The notes under the pieces are model-generated. The model saw only the letters and a list, made by a program, of their open reading frames with translations, was not told the origin of the DNA and did no database searches. The position numbers and the translations under genes were made by a program. A stretch of DNA of 55,561 bases from a virus (Duplodnaviria > Caudoviricetes): positions 1-55,561 of IMG/VR virus record IMGVR_UViG_3300025112_006453; one strand, 5' to 3'. Shown here piece after piece: positions 40,201-49,263 of this stretch. Position 1 is the first letter of the stretch, and each line of letters begins with the position of its first letter.

Positions 40201-40779
40201 CATATGAAGAAATATGTTTTTCCCCCGCGATTTGATTTTGTAATAAACAAAGAGATGGATCCGGTTGCTATGTATGTCTTCGAATTTAATGCAGATTTAA
40301 CACAACAAGATTTGGCAGATATTTGGCAGAACTTGCCTCCCACGGTTAATGAAACTTTTGTTGCGAGAGAGGTTGAGATTGAACATGAATTATTAGTAGA
40401 CGAACTATTAAATAGAACCACTCGTCCCATCACTGAGGATTTAAGATGGCTTGTCTTTAAAGTCAAGCAGCGCGCTCAAAAGGATTATACAAGATATGTG
40501 AAGCGAGGCCTTGTTACGGATCTATCGACAATTCCGAGCAATATTAGAAATGCGTCGTATTCTTACAACTGGCCCTACGATTATTTCTCCCTTGTCGAAC
40601 TAGTTAAAATTGATGAAGCCATTGAATATACATCTGAAAAACCACCAGATAATACAACTCAGATAGTTGGCGATGTAAATGTGGTGATTCCAGATGTTCT
40701 ACAGGTAGATGTTGTTGGGGGCGATCCTCCAGGATCCGGCCCCGGCCCGCTTCCTTTAGAGGGTCTTAACGAGGGATAA
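31207..40779 (+). CDS. Giant (3190 aa) baseplate wedge/gp7-like protein with two LamG/ConA-like domains
   Basis: LamG motifs TVEFWLK...WHHYAF...LDEFRYW and WVHVAITYDG...FKGYMSDIAFYN. Also the wedge-type motif IFKSKGTRKSFRNLLRCFG. Confidence 0.7.
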   Translation: MSLKGLFQDVTVTKTVADKSAEQIGGVVESARYHLADIVDEKRFIPRIDYSEPKNFAKYGSAEKYYEDSFSYIYSSYPYDGSLYEQIEWKNSGSYLDIYLFEDKYPRTHGYINFSYGGWGTHGTAPAWPDNAGYGKPQTSDLEHISIEGGPGLGGGPHNQGANIWDPAEKRKSNLELDLSNGVTVEFWLKKEAYNNTDTEKEVIFDLWNNELSSSADYGRLRIELTGAARSRGTWLATVMSGTTGFQWQTIGTTPTGTVADGKWHHYAFSFLSASDGVDTKYYIDGDLETNTTLGSTGIDSIGGDMLAYIGALRTSVSGNTYFGLDMTGSGKLSASLDEFRYWKIQRSSKDIGRYWFTQVGGGTNTDVANTDLGVYYKFNEGITGKTSTDSVVLDYSGRVSNGAWEGYASGARSTGSAIIESSASAIEFKDPIIYSFHPDVQAELESLKLSGSAHDFQNPSRMLGFFPSWIQESDIENGGELTRLTQVLSSYFDTLYLQIESMSNLQDIQYVSGSTKPNTIANRLLEHRGLLAPELFLDADILEKLADRSEDKLYEESLTDIKNSIYQNIYNNLVNIFKSKGTRKSFRNLLRCFGVDDEIYKFNVYGNNVEFQVRNNRELNSVKKRFIDFNNTERFASTVFQQTSSLNSNTVSYISGSSALTGGYATTLETYVFFPEKPKVYDEGYSDSQYKALSSSLFGQHTTIPFQDSDPTNLTWNTLDTANFQVYAVRDELFSKDVKFVLTTSLGSSFPTLSSSYFADTYENTNWVLGVTVKPQKYPLEPTLSTDVSASGEYVVEFKGSNVDAGAVLGTFLVTGTIDPAQVGYSFLTESRRVYVGAHRTNFTGSALTKTDVRIGFCRYWMDDITLEGISTHAMDIQNYGTKYPSMSPYLFQDVRTSNIEFKSNDTLALNWDFEIVSSSNAAGQFVVDDFSSGSTTIQATRYGPLGNLLGAQHSALGFAFPTSSTDVIDADYVLAAELQSFEHISSTDMISIVGAQDDVQFTRESRPINFKFSIEKSMYQNISENMVRMFSVINDFNNIVGDPVNKYRDSYKNLRILRNKFFESVRNTPDLDKYIEFYKWFDSSLSALLQQLMPATADFSKNIKTMVESHMLERNKYQHRFPTIDLYPAVFEGVITSPLPLSPGWQFTHHPINNQENTNANWWKTMAPRDKGRLATGEADLDATRQKTFDNTTSKDRKDKKSNIFRFNVRAPASPSGPAQNLVIVQPAGTNFHPSKLVNYVFEATQPYGPTLVASNIPRNIILGFSGGVEKLPDIVDDINPGAKKRLGFALDPTINKKDLVDPAQYNGNVIAPFSLYSSSVNTGYNKKVQNFYASGTMVTNLHEDIVHTNATRPLQGPFTERFVGGRNYRHVPLNRYDESRTTPSFLDYRTTRPEGFRIDFGAWNFSGALGIVPPNYPFLDSPPGSAPKGFLKDLPIANRLRNVGTKRPVNIGNILMTTASADVRVPGTLAHGPIGNYTKNYQVVQTAGRTINDPYFQRQSFDFASYPQSPYPRLPIVDRHALQDIRVRNTKATYLTSSACYDFDADLVPEMDTNSAETWIFWMNCTQTGSLNFVFADEGADERYILLSNTQLLAFRAFWTDGGSVAVQWNTDAAVTTGNEWVHVAITYDGTSTANNPVFYVNGEEVASSLIGSPPVGTLDPYEGVVNIGFHNGNGFKGYMSDIAFYNTNLTGEEIAAIYGNSTLDLINYGPPRVANNLIMWWRMGDGPGDTVSTIIDQVGNANLDSVNSPTINDISPGVCLVTANDNNFALPNRDGANSNQTVFVNRFSAPGSYEASSRGYLDPAHEEKSVYNVLPYRNLGVLNYGLSGSASADPTVVNSIVVVDQIGKNRGLRQRLSLHCGPYGSDAAYGSVPADTYVTVPSYHKVYRNRKRQIVEGNSYVTASVYDNWYVRHPIPRSARQYSWITASLDEASANASALLFGYSTLSGGVFVESLPTVTASDWVTVTAYPACQHPELRFFGTDKTSQSPLSLATYPRPLFTDFVGLNSNIYEPITSSTNTLGYPRMEVSLQYNSCATANLYRVNYYGGLISGYPGSAPDDGRYVAPTLNAILLHRQGPYGWPSWKQIKTGDHPVRRHQNARSTISVRTKTAYDENVYAKKGNAITQFIEPAAYSEEMPMVHTMRVTPSDGGPAFDATLKSSFGNKIVNYATYELDNLLETNKDYDSSDLYFNRINSMIFEGTNNDPAFEGMLSNIGAVYAQRVYPAAYNSFLKRTNARGNYSISAIWDDSRANRNSGPSGFNNSQGRPTPSASVWPLDGHSNYSSTASLAGYDGSGELQNNYFKYASGSVSLGRAFTSASVIYAARLPLGLNPATDGAVFGGDQYYEVASMAGKDPYMTYEEYSHKMRLIGRDYSIVPEFRISEHMDRYIDDDSSEFTTLTDIADLLDLTGSLYDNSGEEGFFQDYANSDFMKFFKIVNSEYDGAQLVDGSKMKQSKIGLRCFALLKFLPYKGFYPAERTLELASLFSQSYGSYMNPYTWDWTTPRDILVPYPRSYRAMVEPLFGPGILFNTIKSGIAVSNVMLLNTASTSPGDIMKNDELVCRDIEANALVAPEGNIYYPNLLGRAWHAEDEVDVNEKGYYMEQLPFEALYKPRAYLTKKYIYDIAVHPSASLYVKDYYRGAHVYWPGEGSQLYELAIDNFMCETVDFFQQGLTTLTSKTENYFGEVQSGSAYTMTLKMIRPMLVSSSIGPDGRWHGTTVNTYTSGCQLIDHSKFDMYRRISAFGQPLAGVRSPGGGPPVCGNSALRITASFSHLTPSYFMGSGSATFTFAAPYTGRPTLGEILANTTITFDRMELSVLSSGVSSLPVHLSNSFNLMDIASNVVPGTTTETQQWVIQSKFETPVINLAGVTASVRAPTTKNPAFVTDNITPANLLTGSGLWHQYGSIPKPSETVYTYIEEPLRNSLADIVGMPAGVPYPLGDIKRSKQIFEAVVAVPFLLGKDGRRKFYKLSAPPLGRGPSSTILATISKLAAHMKKYVFPPRFDFVINKEMDPVAMYVFEFNADLTQQDLADIWQNLPPTVNETFVAREVEIEHELLVDELLNRTTRPITEDLRWLVFKVKQRAQKDYTRYVKRGLVTDLSTIPSNIRNASYSYNWPYDYFSLVELVKIDEAIEYTSEKPPDNTTQIVGDVNVVIPDVLQVDVVGGDPPGSGPGPLPLEGLNEG

Positions 40780-40784
40780 GAGTA

Positions 40785-41930
40785 GTGCAATTTTTTGATG
40801 ATAAAGAAGAGGTGTTGGATATAATTGTGACCCCGTACGGCCGCCATCTATTATCACTAGGGCGTTTTAGTCCTGAGTATTACGCTTTTTTCGACGATGA
40901 CATACTGTATGACTCTCAGTGGGCAACCATTACAGACGAAATACAAAATGATATCGAGACCCGGATTCAAGATGGGACTGCCAGGATTAAGCAGCCGTCT
41001 ACATATACGGGGGTTGAAACAACTATAAATGAAAATACTGAAATTATTACAACCGCTCTACAGGACGCCGGCTTTGCATTCGGAGGCGACAAATATGGGA
41101 ACGTCGCCCAAGACACATACAATACCAGCATTTATAATCAAGAGGCCCTCCAAAGATTTGGAGATACTTATGAGTTTTTATCTTCGCCAATTGGTTCCTC
41201 TGAGCTTAGCTCGAAATACTTGCCCACCTGGAATGTCTCTATGCTCAGAGGACATATATCCAGTAGCTCTGGGTCACTTGCAACCGCTAAACAAGGCGGC
41301 GTTAATGATACCGTAAAATATACGTACGAACAAATACCTCAATTAAACATAACACTTACCTATGAGGTGTATGTTGATACAACGGATAATCCTATATTAA
41401 CTAATAATGCGACCACCGTTAATTATAGTCAACAGGGGTTTCCGATATCAGACAGTGAGTGGCCCCCCGAAGATACGGGCCCCCTCGATCTTCAGGACAT
41501 CTCACCGGCCGAATTTGAAAATATAGCCTCAGAAATATTTCCAGAAGATGGTACCTTTTTTCGATTAATTGACGGCAGGGTAGTATTACAAGTAGCAGAA
41601 AATAATACAATGTATAAAAAAGAAAACTTTGAGATTCAGGTTTTTCTTAGCGCTTCTTCGGTGACTGCGGGATCCCCCGGAACCCTAGAACTTTTGAGTT
41701 TTGCTTCAGAAGATGCATTCGAATATACAGCAACAACTGTAGGAAAGTATTTAACTTTGAATGTTGACAAAGAAATACAAGATAGTACCCTCAAGAGCTT
41801 GGTTTCACAAGGCTTGGGGGCCATAAGAAGCGGCGAATTGGTAACTGATTCTTCCACCACTAACGTAATAAGCACCCGCGAATTCTTAATAAGAGATCTA
41901 TATGGGCCCGAACTCGGATGTCCTGAATAA
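40785..41930 (+). CDS. Putative baseplate/tail structural protein (GTG start)
   Basis: N-terminus DIIVTPYGRHLLSLGRF..YYAFFDDDILYD is paralogous to that of 49264. Confidence 0.65.
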   Translation: MQFFDDKEEVLDIIVTPYGRHLLSLGRFSPEYYAFFDDDILYDSQWATITDEIQNDIETRIQDGTARIKQPSTYTGVETTINENTEIITTALQDAGFAFGGDKYGNVAQDTYNTSIYNQEALQRFGDTYEFLSSPIGSSELSSKYLPTWNVSMLRGHISSSSGSLATAKQGGVNDTVKYTYEQIPQLNITLTYEVYVDTTDNPILTNNATTVNYSQQGFPISDSEWPPEDTGPLDLQDISPAEFENIASEIFPEDGTFFRLIDGRVVLQVAENNTMYKKENFEIQVFLSASSVTAGSPGTLELLSFASEDAFEYTATTVGKYLTLNVDKEIQDSTLKSLVSQGLGAIRSGELVTDSSTTNVISTREFLIRDLYGPELGCPE

Positions 41931-44900
41931 TGAAACGTATATCTTTTGGTTCGACTAGCGTGGCTGTAAATATTAGCCAAATACGAATTGGCAAAAATCA
42001 TGATTTTCATTCTTTGGCAGTGGAATTGGAGGTTTTAGCGTCTAATAATGCCGGCCCTCGCCGAAATCCATACACTTCAACAGGATCGCGAACAAAAAAT
42101 TTATTTGTGGCGGCCGTAACCAGCGACCAACTCACAGAAAGTTTTTTTGTAGACAATAATAATATTATTCCTTATCTAACTCAGGAAGCAAGTAGCCCCA
42201 GTGTCATTATTATGAAGCGGACTCTCGACGGCGGCCCGTCCCCTCGTAATTATCGAGCAAATTATGGCGGCAATGTGTCTTCTGGGAATTCTTTTTCGTT
42301 GACAATTGATGGTTCGAGCTTGTCAAATTTAACAATATTTGCTGGTGTTCTTACCACCACCTTACGAACTCGCCGAGATATTCACAGTTTAACCTCAATG
42401 GATAAACTTATATGCATCCGAGCCGGACAGAGACAAGAAACTAATATAGTTTTATATACCGATAAGGCAAAGACCAATGTTTGGGTAGGAAAAGCTTACC
42501 AAGATAATTCTGGTAACTGGTTTAAAGCTGTTGTTGGACGAGCCGGCTCCGGTAAACTTTATGCTGTAATCGTTCCTAATACGAAAGTAATTTTTCTCTG
42601 GGACGCAGAGAAAGTACTAAACAGACAATTGGTTAATTTGCCCTCAGTTTTATATAATACTAATAAAGGAATTAATTCTAAAAAAGCAATAGTACAAAAT
42701 ATAAAAAGACACAGCCCAAATTATTTTTCTTCTTTGTATACGTCTAAGATTGATTCGGGCGATTTGGCGCTTACTTTCGCATTTAATAAGATTGATTTTT
42801 TTAGAAATAAGGGTTTGTTTGGGGATTTAATCCAAAACATTCCTGCTCTTATAAGCTCTTTTAGTTTGGCGTCGACAAAGATTCTTAGAAAGCGAGTAAC
42901 AACCAATAGACCGTCCAACGAGCTTACGGGCGGCGGCGCGAACAGCGAATATATTGATTCTGAGAAAATAATTACACAGACGCCTACATTCCCTGCTCTT
43001 GCGGGCCCCCATACCAATGTTCTTATGGTGGCCGCTACTGATGCGGGTGCCAAAGATTTAACATATGGCTATTATGCCTATGGTGTAGAATTTGTATTTA
43101 TTGATAAAACATCTGAAAAAATTAAAGGTTTGGTTGATGATCCTATAAATGGGCTTAGGTTTCATGTTAATATGCTAACGGCTCTCTATAAGCGAGCCTC
43201 TCTGCCTAATAATTATGACAGGTATAGCAGGCGGTATACCCCTCAGTGGAACGCGGCGCAACCTGGGGAGCTTGATTCGGCCCTCGGCGCGATCGCAAGA
43301 TATATTGGCGTTTTAAATGTTTTCTATAAGTCATTAGAGTCGGAACTCGGCAAGCCGCTTCAAAGCCTACAACAAGAAATCTATAATATGACTGCGCGCG
43401 CCAATAATGGCCCAGAAGGAATTAATTTATTGATCCAAATAATTAATAATTTGATTTCGGAAATTAATAATTTCCTAAAGAAAAGGAATATCTACGGGCC
43501 CAATTCTGCAGCCGAACTTAAGACCGGAAGTTCGAGGATAAGTCAGGGAGCTAGAATAATTAAAGTTAAATATTATTTTAATGAATTTGTTGATGCCGAA
43601 GAATTTGTTGATTATGGGTTTGATTATTTAGCGACGGAGGGATCGGAACAGGAAACCTCAGCTTATAATCCTTTTAAAATAGTGTCATATGAAAAGATTA
43701 GATCACTCCTGGCACTTGAAAATACTACTTATAATAATACAACCAACAATGCTTTTAGTCCCATAACCCTAACCCCAAACTTTTTTAATTTATATGGAAA
43801 ACGCCATGCACTTAATACAACGGGCCCCAATCGAGGCAAACAGGATGCCGCATTAGGATCTCTGTTGGCAGCCTCTAATTTATATAGAAATTCGCCAATT
43901 GATCTGGCTCAATTTATGTTACCAGATCCAGGAGCGACTTCTCAATCGGATGAGTTTAATACTATTCGCAATGGTTTAAAAATGATGGAGCATGGTGGCT
44001 GTTCTGTAGAAATCGACGCGACCATCGATGATAAACAGCGGGGAATTTTTAGTACTTATAATTCCTTAGCTTTGGAAGAAGATAATAATCTATTGGATGC
44101 TGCAAAGAAGTTGTCAGAGTCATCTCCGTTTGTTGTTAATAAAAAATCCCCAACGTCGGCGGCGGATTTTATTTTATCCGTGGATAACGCAGGGCAGCCT
44201 AGTCAAGCGCAAGTTATTTCAAAGCTTAATCCTGATTTTGTAGCCTATTTGACACAAACAGATTATTTTGTTTCGGAAACAAGAAATAATAGCACCACTA
44301 TTAAAAATATAACAGATGGGAAGGTTTTTAGGTCAGCCAATAACAGTGTCTCTGCCTTCTTGCAAGAAGTACAAGATCAACCCACTCCCAACCCCAAGCG
44401 TCCGGCGCCTAGGATTAGCCAACTGCTTCTTGATGATGATATATCTCCGCGCACCCCATCGATACAAGAATATACATACGCTCAAATTTTAGAATCTTCG
44501 CAAGTAAAAGCTACCCAAACAGCCACGGTGGCGATGACAATTGGATCAACCAGAAAAACTCAATATCTTGCAGGTTTTGGGCGGTTAAATGATTCTCTTA
44601 TGTTGCAACGACCTATCTGGATTGATCTTACGGCAACTGATATTAATAATTTCGCAGCCGGTGGCAGCTCGATACTTTGCAGATTTGTGGACGAGACGTC
44701 ACAGTTTAGTCCTTTTGAGGGAGTAGCCGCCCCAGTTTATAATTCTATGTTTATATTGTCAAATACTATGTCGCTCCCCGTAGCTCCCCAATTGTTTGTT
44801 CCCGAAAGCGGACTAGTACCAAACGTTTTGCCCCCTACAGTCACTCAAGATGACTCGATGTCTTATTCAACCTCTTACATCCCGGGCACTCAGGAGAACC

Positions 44901-45211
44901 GAGATGAGGCCCCCCCGCTTTCTTCACAAAACGGGGATGAGTCCACGAATAATAGAGAAAGCCTATATACTTCAGGTAAGGACTACATACTCCCTAATGG
45001 CCAGAGATATGCGGGGTATTATCATATTTATATTAGGAATAATGGTACGGCAATTGCGATGGTAGGACCAACTCATGTTGGCACCTCTCACGAAACTTTA
45101 AAGCCAATTTCGCCTATGGCGCGTCGAGAACTACAGCTAGCCGGCCGCAATGCCTCCAGCGGCACAGGCACACCAGCCACTCCGCAGGGCCCCTCGGGGA
45201 TGGGATATTAA
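41930..45211 (+). CDS. Large hypothetical virion-associated protein (1093 aa)
   Basis: Long ORF with a TAATG overlap, within the structural module. Confidence 0.7.
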   Translation: MKRISFGSTSVAVNISQIRIGKNHDFHSLAVELEVLASNNAGPRRNPYTSTGSRTKNLFVAAVTSDQLTESFFVDNNNIIPYLTQEASSPSVIIMKRTLDGGPSPRNYRANYGGNVSSGNSFSLTIDGSSLSNLTIFAGVLTTTLRTRRDIHSLTSMDKLICIRAGQRQETNIVLYTDKAKTNVWVGKAYQDNSGNWFKAVVGRAGSGKLYAVIVPNTKVIFLWDAEKVLNRQLVNLPSVLYNTNKGINSKKAIVQNIKRHSPNYFSSLYTSKIDSGDLALTFAFNKIDFFRNKGLFGDLIQNIPALISSFSLASTKILRKRVTTNRPSNELTGGGANSEYIDSEKIITQTPTFPALAGPHTNVLMVAATDAGAKDLTYGYYAYGVEFVFIDKTSEKIKGLVDDPINGLRFHVNMLTALYKRASLPNNYDRYSRRYTPQWNAAQPGELDSALGAIARYIGVLNVFYKSLESELGKPLQSLQQEIYNMTARANNGPEGINLLIQIINNLISEINNFLKKRNIYGPNSAAELKTGSSRISQGARIIKVKYYFNEFVDAEEFVDYGFDYLATEGSEQETSAYNPFKIVSYEKIRSLLALENTTYNNTTNNAFSPITLTPNFFNLYGKRHALNTTGPNRGKQDAALGSLLAASNLYRNSPIDLAQFMLPDPGATSQSDEFNTIRNGLKMMEHGGCSVEIDATIDDKQRGIFSTYNSLALEEDNNLLDAAKKLSESSPFVVNKKSPTSAADFILSVDNAGQPSQAQVISKLNPDFVAYLTQTDYFVSETRNNSTTIKNITDGKVFRSANNSVSAFLQEVQDQPTPNPKRPAPRISQLLLDDDISPRTPSIQEYTYAQILESSQVKATQTATVAMTIGSTRKTQYLAGFGRLNDSLMLQRPIWIDLTATDINNFAAGGSSILCRFVDETSQFSPFEGVAAPVYNSMFILSNTMSLPVAPQLFVPESGLVPNVLPPTVTQDDSMSYSTSYIPGTQENRDEAPPLSSQNGDESTNNRESLYTSGKDYILPNGQRYAGYYHIYIRNNGTAIAMVGPTHVGTSHETLKPISPMARRELQLAGRNASSGTGTPATPQGPSGMGY

Positions 45212-45217
45212 AATAAG

Positions 45218-48200
45218 ATGTCAAACACAACAACATGGCATTTCGCTGATAGAAATTATATAGCTCCCGCGGGCACAGCGCGCTCCAACCGGAATAAGAA
45301 ATATAATTTACAGGATCGGTTCCACCCAATGATATCGCAACCCAAATCCGGTGCCGGGTCCACGACGGCAATTTCATATGATAATACTCCAGATTATTTT
45401 CGCAATTCGGGCGCTCGTTATTATTCTTGGCGCGCCGGCACAGGGCCTGGTTCTTATACAAATTATGGTTATTTAAGTGACTGGGGCAACGACGGCAGCA
45501 TCTATACGGCGGGAGGCCAGCACCACTGGGTAGGCTATACGGTTGCGGGGGACGACACGGACAGCGGCTGGGATAGTACTTTTTTCTTTATTGTGGAGGG
45601 CGCCGGCAACTATTATTACTCGACCCATGGGTGGGGCATCGGGATGTGGACATATATTGAAAACATGTTCGGGGACAGCTTCCAGCAGACGGGCACACCC
45701 GAAACTAACCCTGAAGCTTTTTATCCAAACGTTCCTTATTCGTCGGTCAGCGCGTTCTCCACCCCCACCGACGATGTCCTTAGAGAACACGTAACAATCA
45801 CAATTGAAGCGAACTCGGACGGATGGCTCGCTGCATCGACCACCCCCGGCGTTGGAACCGTAAAACCTCAGTATCATGAATTAGATGCCGGGCCTCCCCC
45901 CGTTGGTGACCCAAATTATGTGGCCAACAATCCGGATGAAATGCTTAACAATTGGCATATGTGGCAGACATATGTTTTAGGATCGGACGATTCTCGGCTC
46001 TCGGAAACGTGGTACGGCAATCAGGGCCCCTCCAATATAAAAATTCCAGGACTTTTTGGCGGTCGAACCCTGGGTAATAGATATTATGATCACAATTTTA
46101 CCATTAATGTCCCTACTAATAACGATACCGCCCAAATAACTCCACAATATACATATTATAATAACAATTATGAAAACTATGGAACATCTCCAACTGCATT
46201 GGAAACCTTAATGCCAAATCATTATGTTGTGATGTCTGTAGCAAAAAATGGCACTGACTGGGCGTGGGGCACCTCTGACCCCGATGATGATACCCCGAAC
46301 ATCTATGAGAATAGCTTATATGCGGGCTACGGCGGCGGGCCTATAAAGGATATATTGGGGTTGTATGGATACATTGGAGGCGATGTAGTCAGCGACGACG
46401 TTGATTTGTTCAACAATGCAGGTATTCCCTTCGGCCAAATTCAAGCAGGGCCACAAACGCCTGATTCTTTGTTAAGTAGGTTTGGTAGGACGAACTTTTC
46501 TGCACTTCCCGCCCCATCAGCCAGTGCCGTCACCAACTTCAATAAGCACATCGGATTTTCATCAAGGATTGTGAGAGGCCAGAATTCGATATTTCAAGAA
46601 ATGGGGGCATCAACAAACACAGCGGTGGTTCCATATGGAATCGATATTAATCTTACGAATATGCCCCAAAGTGAGTTTTTGCGTACTTTTGAAGAAGGCC
46701 CCCTCACCCCGGGATATACAGACGCCATGGTTGATTATTTCTTATATGAGATAATGAAAGCCAATATTTTTGGTTACACTAATCCTGAGGTTCCTATTGG
46801 TCTTCCCTATTCCGACCCCGCGGTGCTGCGCAGAAAATACCCAGCATATCATAATATTTCCTTATCGGCAAAGGAGGTGCGGGGTGATGGGGAGACCGAT
46901 AAGGGAAACTACTATGGATTTGATTGGACGGGCGCCGACGACGCAAATTGGTCAGACAACTCGACAGCCGAGGCCCGGGCGCCCTTCTCTCTCCGTGCGA
47001 TAAATTTCAACCACCTCATACAACAGTGGTATCAACATATAGGTAGGGACTTTGCTGTGGATCAGATTTACAATGGACTTATTGGGCAAACCGAAAATAA
47101 ATTTGTAGCCGATGGAACCGGATTTATAGTCGGCCGCGGCCTCCGAGATTCTCCCACTTCCGAAGAAACTGTTGCTCCCGCCCATTATAAAAACGTACTG
47201 CCGGGCGACACCGCCCTGGAAGATGTGTACGCAGCCCTTGTAGATATGGGTGAATATCTTGAGACTCGTATGCGCACATTCAGGGACGTATATACAGGCG
47301 TCCCATGTTTCACTGACACAATTGCTTACAGAGTTGAAAAATATGCTGTGGACCCCGACGGCCTTGATATAGGGGAACCCATTCAAAACTTCTACATCCC
47401 CGCTGTTGTGGGCGACGATGCAAGCAATTCGACTATTAAATTCTTTGATTCACAAGTATTCTATAATAAAAAATATAGATATAAGGTATATGCTTATAAG
47501 CTGGTTATCGGCAATCAGTACTATTATAGGAATGCCGAGGTGTTCCCCCCGGCTGAGACAGCAGCATATTCAAACAATATGGCCGTCCCTCTCGGGTTTG
47601 ATCCCAACGTAGACTTGATTTTTCCGGCCACCGCTGCCGGGTCCTCGCTTTCAGCAGATGCACCTATCGGCGCGCCGCGCGAGATTCTGGATGGAATGGT
47701 TCACGTTCCGTTCTATGACTACGCCCCGACCTTTAGCCTCGATCCTTCCCAGCCTCACTATGTAGATGTCATGATTAATGGTAAAAGAATGGCTTCGCAG
47801 CAGGTTGGCGCTGGCTCCACCGGCGCGGCGGGCCAATGGGCCCTCCTTGGCTCGCCCGGGGTCGGGCTGGAGAACGAAGTAGAAGAAGCTATCACGGCTG
47901 CAATTCAGGCCTACGTGGCCGCGTTTGTCGAAGGAGATGCCACTAAAAAGTCCAACACGATATATTATAATAGTATTAAGGTCAAGGGGATCCTTCATCC
48001 CGGATACACACCGGGCCAAGTCGGGCATGTAAGTCTAGTATTGGCTAAGGTTAATCACCTGAGGGTTGGAAATCAAGTAAACAACATCTTCTCTGTGGAC
48101 CTTATGAATCGGGTACACGCCATAAATCCAGCTGTGATGCCAAATCCCTGGGACACTGCCGGAGGGATCCAAGTCTCGCCCGGTATCGGGCAGTCCACCG

Positions 48201-49228
48201 TAGTCGATGTCGGGTCGCTGATGACGAACTTCGACGTGTTCTTCGGCCTCGATCATCGCTCCCTCCACCAGGGCCCGCGAGAGAACCTAGAAGTTATGCT
48301 CCAATTCCGGACCGGCCAACATGGCGTCAGTCCTTCTATACCGTGGGATACGGACCAAGAGGGAACCGCCAAAGTAGATGTTAAGAACTATTCTTCTATA
48401 CAAATTATCGAAATCCCATATGTTATAACAAATGCAGTGAACGTCCACGATCTCCCTCCTATGTACCCGGATGTTAATTTTTATCCAGTGAGATACAAGT
48501 CGGACAAGATTAAGATTTTATTAAATCAAAATAATTTTAGATACTCAGCAGTCCCGGTGGCCATTCAAGCAACGGATAATCAACTATTTAATGATATGAG
48601 ACAATCACAGGGCGCCGAACAAGATGCCCCCATCGTCTTTGGCGCGGATGACACGGAGGTTCGATTCCAAATATTTAGACTAGACGCCGTTGTACCAGAA
48701 ACTTATTCAGACTTTGCAAACAAAATAATTCATACGTTAAGCACCAAAACTTCTAATAACCAGTCAGTAACTTCTGCTGCATTAATTGATGATATAAGGC
48801 CAAATACTAATTACTATTATTGCTTTAGGACAATTGATAAGGGTGGGTGGATATCTAATCCAAGTCCCATTATTCGAGTGCAAGTTGTTGATGATAATGG
48901 TCGCAGATATCCAATCATAGAGCCATATGATTTGCAACTCTTGAATCCTCCAAAGACAAAAAAATCATTTAAGAAGTATTTAGAGATAGGCGCTTCTGTG
49001 GAGGAGCAAGTTGTTGTCCCGATAGACCCGGACGCTACATCTGCCGGCAGCCCATATAACTTGGCTGAAGCTTTAGTTGGCCCAGAAGGAGGAATTATGA
49101 GAGACGGCCCTCAGAACAAAGCGCTTAAAATTAGAATAACCAGCAAAGATACAGGCAAGAAGATAGATTTAAATGTTGATTTTAATGTAAATATGATTGC
49201 AAACCCAAATTTGGTGGAGGAGAATTAG
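45218..49228 (+). CDS. Large hypothetical virion protein with FN3/Ig-like segments (1336 aa)
   Basis: FN3-like C-strands YNKKYRYKVYAY and IRPNTNYYYCFRTID. Confidence 0.7.
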   Translation: MSNTTTWHFADRNYIAPAGTARSNRNKKYNLQDRFHPMISQPKSGAGSTTAISYDNTPDYFRNSGARYYSWRAGTGPGSYTNYGYLSDWGNDGSIYTAGGQHHWVGYTVAGDDTDSGWDSTFFFIVEGAGNYYYSTHGWGIGMWTYIENMFGDSFQQTGTPETNPEAFYPNVPYSSVSAFSTPTDDVLREHVTITIEANSDGWLAASTTPGVGTVKPQYHELDAGPPPVGDPNYVANNPDEMLNNWHMWQTYVLGSDDSRLSETWYGNQGPSNIKIPGLFGGRTLGNRYYDHNFTINVPTNNDTAQITPQYTYYNNNYENYGTSPTALETLMPNHYVVMSVAKNGTDWAWGTSDPDDDTPNIYENSLYAGYGGGPIKDILGLYGYIGGDVVSDDVDLFNNAGIPFGQIQAGPQTPDSLLSRFGRTNFSALPAPSASAVTNFNKHIGFSSRIVRGQNSIFQEMGASTNTAVVPYGIDINLTNMPQSEFLRTFEEGPLTPGYTDAMVDYFLYEIMKANIFGYTNPEVPIGLPYSDPAVLRRKYPAYHNISLSAKEVRGDGETDKGNYYGFDWTGADDANWSDNSTAEARAPFSLRAINFNHLIQQWYQHIGRDFAVDQIYNGLIGQTENKFVADGTGFIVGRGLRDSPTSEETVAPAHYKNVLPGDTALEDVYAALVDMGEYLETRMRTFRDVYTGVPCFTDTIAYRVEKYAVDPDGLDIGEPIQNFYIPAVVGDDASNSTIKFFDSQVFYNKKYRYKVYAYKLVIGNQYYYRNAEVFPPAETAAYSNNMAVPLGFDPNVDLIFPATAAGSSLSADAPIGAPREILDGMVHVPFYDYAPTFSLDPSQPHYVDVMINGKRMASQQVGAGSTGAAGQWALLGSPGVGLENEVEEAITAAIQAYVAAFVEGDATKKSNTIYYNSIKVKGILHPGYTPGQVGHVSLVLAKVNHLRVGNQVNNIFSVDLMNRVHAINPAVMPNPWDTAGGIQVSPGIGQSTVVDVGSLMTNFDVFFGLDHRSLHQGPRENLEVMLQFRTGQHGVSPSIPWDTDQEGTAKVDVKNYSSIQIIEIPYVITNAVNVHDLPPMYPDVNFYPVRYKSDKIKILLNQNNFRYSAVPVAIQATDNQLFNDMRQSQGAEQDAPIVFGADDTEVRFQIFRLDAVVPETYSDFANKIIHTLSTKTSNNQSVTSAALIDDIRPNTNYYYCFRTIDKGGWISNPSPIIRVQVVDDNGRRYPIIEPYDLQLLNPPKTKKSFKKYLEIGASVEEQVVVPIDPDATSAGSPYNLAEALVGPEGGIMRDGPQNKALKIRITSKDTGKKIDLNVDFNVNMIANPNLVEEN

Positions 49229-49236
49229 TTTTATAA

Positions 49237-49246
49237 AACTATTTAT
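49237..49246 (+). promoter_or_regulatory. Candidate late-promoter motif AACTATTTAT
   Basis: AT-rich intergenic site about 17 nt before ATG 49264. The identical 10-mer occurs at 54191-54200. Confidence 0.4.
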
Positions 49247-49263
49247 TTATAAGGACTTATGTT

